Source: a virus (taxonomy: Duplodnaviria; Caudoviricetes). Taken from it: DNA of 56,526 bases. Positions 54,484-56,526 of the stretch are shown here, piece after piece. The DNA lies in the IMG/VR virus record IMGVR_UViG_3300036785_000842, positions 1-56,526 of that record; one strand, written 5' to 3'. The stretch's first letter is position 1. Each line of letters opens with the position of its first letter. Under the pieces are notes generated by a model that worked only from the letters and a program-made list of their open reading frames with translations, was not told the DNA's origin and did no database searches. The position numbers were made by a program, and so were the translations under genes.

Positions 54484-56526
54484 TTAGATGCGCTCCGGGC
54501 GGCCGTTGCCGATAAAGCGCCCGCCGCGGTAGTAGCGGGCATCGAGCTTGTAGAGCTCGTCGATCGTCATCCCGCCGATACCGCGCTGCTCGGGCTCGAC
54601 GGGCTTGGGTTTCGAGCCGGGGACCATCTCGTCGAGCATCCGCCCGATCAGGCTGAGGGTGTCGACCTGATCGTCATATTTCCCGGCCGGAAAGCGCAGC
54701 AATTCATCCATCAGGGTCGCCGCCCAGGGCGCGCGCTTGGGCAGATAGACCTTGCCCATCGCCACCCGCCCGCGGATCGCCTGCGCCCGCACCGCCTTGT
54801 CGGCAGCCGAGCTGAACTGCTTTCTATGGGCATAGACCTTGCGCTCCAGCTGGCGCTTGGTCAGAAACGGCCCGACCCCCTTCTCGATCTGCCCCGATTC
54901 CTCGGCCCAGGTCAGGGTTTTCCACAGCTCCATCAGATCGATCACCGCCTCGACCCACTCGTTCGAGGCGACCTGCTTGCGCCACAGGTCGAGCAGATAG
55001 AGATCGTCGTTCGGATCGAGCCCGCCGACGATGTGCACGGTGTAATCGCCCATGTTGGCGCGCACCGCATAATCCGAGGCGCCATAGGTGCGCAGCTGAT
55101 CGCGCTGTGGCGCTGTGTCGTACCACCTCAGCCAGTCGTTTTTGAAATAATCGCCCGACTCGGGCATTGGCCGCTGCTGGTAGAGCGCCGACCAGTTGCG
55201 CGCGTCACGCTGGGCATTTTCAAACATTTCGGTTGTGAACCACTCGGGCCACAAGCGCTCACCGGGCACCCGCCCGAGGGCATCGCCGTCCTCGGCGATG
55301 GCCGGCAGGCTGACGACCTCCCACTGCTCGCCGCCGATCTTGGCGTCCTCGAGCAAGCGCCCGGCGAGGTCGTCCTCGTGCCACCGGGTGCCGATGTAGA
55401 GGAGCCCGGCCTCGGGCACGAGCCGCGTCCAGAAATCGGCCTTGTACCACTCCCACACATGCTGCCGGATCGTCGCGCTATCGGCCTCGGCCTTGCCTTT
55501 GACCGGGTCGTCGATGATCCCCAGATGAGCCCGGCGGCCGGTGACGCTGGCATCGACCCCGACCGCGAAGTACTCGCCGCCGCGGGCGGTTTCCCAGCGC
55601 CCGGCCGCCCCGCTGTCGCCCGACAATCCAAATCCGAATGTCCCGCGGAAGATCGGCGAGCCGACGATGTTGCGCACCCGGCGGCCAAACCGCTCGGCGA
55701 GCTCTTTGGAGTGACTGGCGGCGATCACCGACTGGGTCGGGTGATTGCCGATGTACCAGCTGGGGAACAACACGCTGCCGTAGGTCGATTTTGCCGACCC
55801 CGGCGGCAAAAAGAACATCAGCCGCTTGATTTCCCCCTTGGCCAAGGCCTCGAGCTTGGCCAGCAGCAGCTGATGATGGCGCGCCGGGCTGATATCGGGC
55901 ATCGCCAACGCCACCCAGCGCCCGAGATCCTGGCGGGCGGCCGCCCGATCGGCCTCGGCCTGCGCCTCGGTCGCGGTTTGCCCCAATTCGGCGTCGATAT
56001 TGACCCGGATCCAGTCGGGATCGCGCTCGCTGGCAAAGGCGGCGTAGGAAAACCCCTTTTTGGCCAATGCCGGCAGGTTTTCGGCCTCGGCCGAGCGTCC
56101 GCTCGGCTGGCGAAACAGCACCAGGTCGCCCGGCTCCTCGGGCCGGCGCACCAGCCAATGACCCGGCGGCGGCATCCGCGAGGAACACACGACCCCGGAC
56201 CACACCGCCCCGCCGGCGAGCGGGGTCGGGAAGGTGCCGGCGATCCGCTGCGCGTCCTCGAGCACCGTCTCGCTCAAATTGCGCGCGTCGTCGAGCCACA
56301 CGCCGGTCGCCGCGGCCGCGGCAAAGCGCCGGCGGTCTTGGGCATCGTCCATCCCGAGAAAATCGAGCTCCAGCGAGCGCTTGACGCCATCCTCCAGCCG
56401 GTAGCTCAGCGCAAAATGGCGGCCCTTCTCGTCATATTCGCCAAGGTCGAGCCAGGTCTTGATCGCCGGGATCGTGTAGCGTTCGAGCTCGCGCCGGATC
56501 GGCGCCACGACGAGCCATCGCCAGGC
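54484..56526 (-). CDS. terL: terminase large subunit (open at window end; extra N-terminal ATPase-like domain)
   Basis: LPPGSAKST (Walker A), GIIDDPVK (Walker B), GTRWHEDDLAG, YQQRP, nuclease ASDYA...DDQVD. Confidence 0.93.
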   Translation of the reverse strand, partial: AWRWLVVAPIRRELERYTIPAIKTWLDLGEYDEKGRHFALSYRLEDGVKRSLELDFLGMDDAQDRRRFAAAAATGVWLDDARNLSETVLEDAQRIAGTFPTPLAGGAVWSGVVCSSRMPPPGHWLVRRPEEPGDLVLFRQPSGRSAEAENLPALAKKGFSYAAFASERDPDWIRVNIDAELGQTATEAQAEADRAAARQDLGRWVALAMPDISPARHHQLLLAKLEALAKGEIKRLMFFLPPGSAKSTYGSVLFPSWYIGNHPTQSVIAASHSKELAERFGRRVRNIVGSPIFRGTFGFGLSGDSGAAGRWETARGGEYFAVGVDASVTGRRAHLGIIDDPVKGKAEADSATIRQHVWEWYKADFWTRLVPEAGLLYIGTRWHEDDLAGRLLEDAKIGGEQWEVVSLPAIAEDGDALGRVPGERLWPEWFTTEMFENAQRDARNWSALYQQRPMPESGDYFKNDWLRWYDTAPQRDQLRTYGASDYAVRANMGDYTVHIVGGLDPNDDLYLLDLWRKQVASNEWVEAVIDLMELWKTLTWAEESGQIEKGVGPFLTKRQLERKVYAHRKQFSSAADKAVRAQAIRGRVAMGKVYLPKRAPWAATLMDELLRFPAGKYDDQVDTLSLIGRMLDEMVPGSKPKPVEPEQRGIGGMTIDELYKLDARYYRGGRFIGNGRPERI

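Overview
High-GC (Alphaproteobacteria-type) temperate phage of podovirus-like architecture, very probably a complete, circularly permuted genome. The terminase reading frame leaves position 1 on the minus strand and resumes in frame at 56526, and a non-integrated attP (3' half of tRNA-Arg(CCG)) lies at about 17189-17236. Modules: late control/packaging (DUF6456-like regulator, GcrA, serine recombinase, TerS-like gene); replication (SF3 helicase, TOPRIM primase, SpoVG-like); a TcmP + ParB-DUF5131 pair; an Acb2-like anti-defence gene; xis/integrase; an accessory block with a sigma54-driven PEP-CTERM gene; ejection proteins, tail, fibres, capsid, scaffold, portal and terminase. The most unusual feature is a re-engineered packaging machine: (i) a TerL with a degenerate second terminase ATPase domain fused N-terminally; (ii) a portal apparently split into two genes around a 933-aa cargo gene; (iii) a small antisense gene inside that split carrying a near-copy of the TerS-like C-terminal motif. 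Several small virion-region proteins also share a scaffold-like C-terminal helix that may be a capsid-loading tag. All family assignments come from motif recognition by eye; no searches were run.
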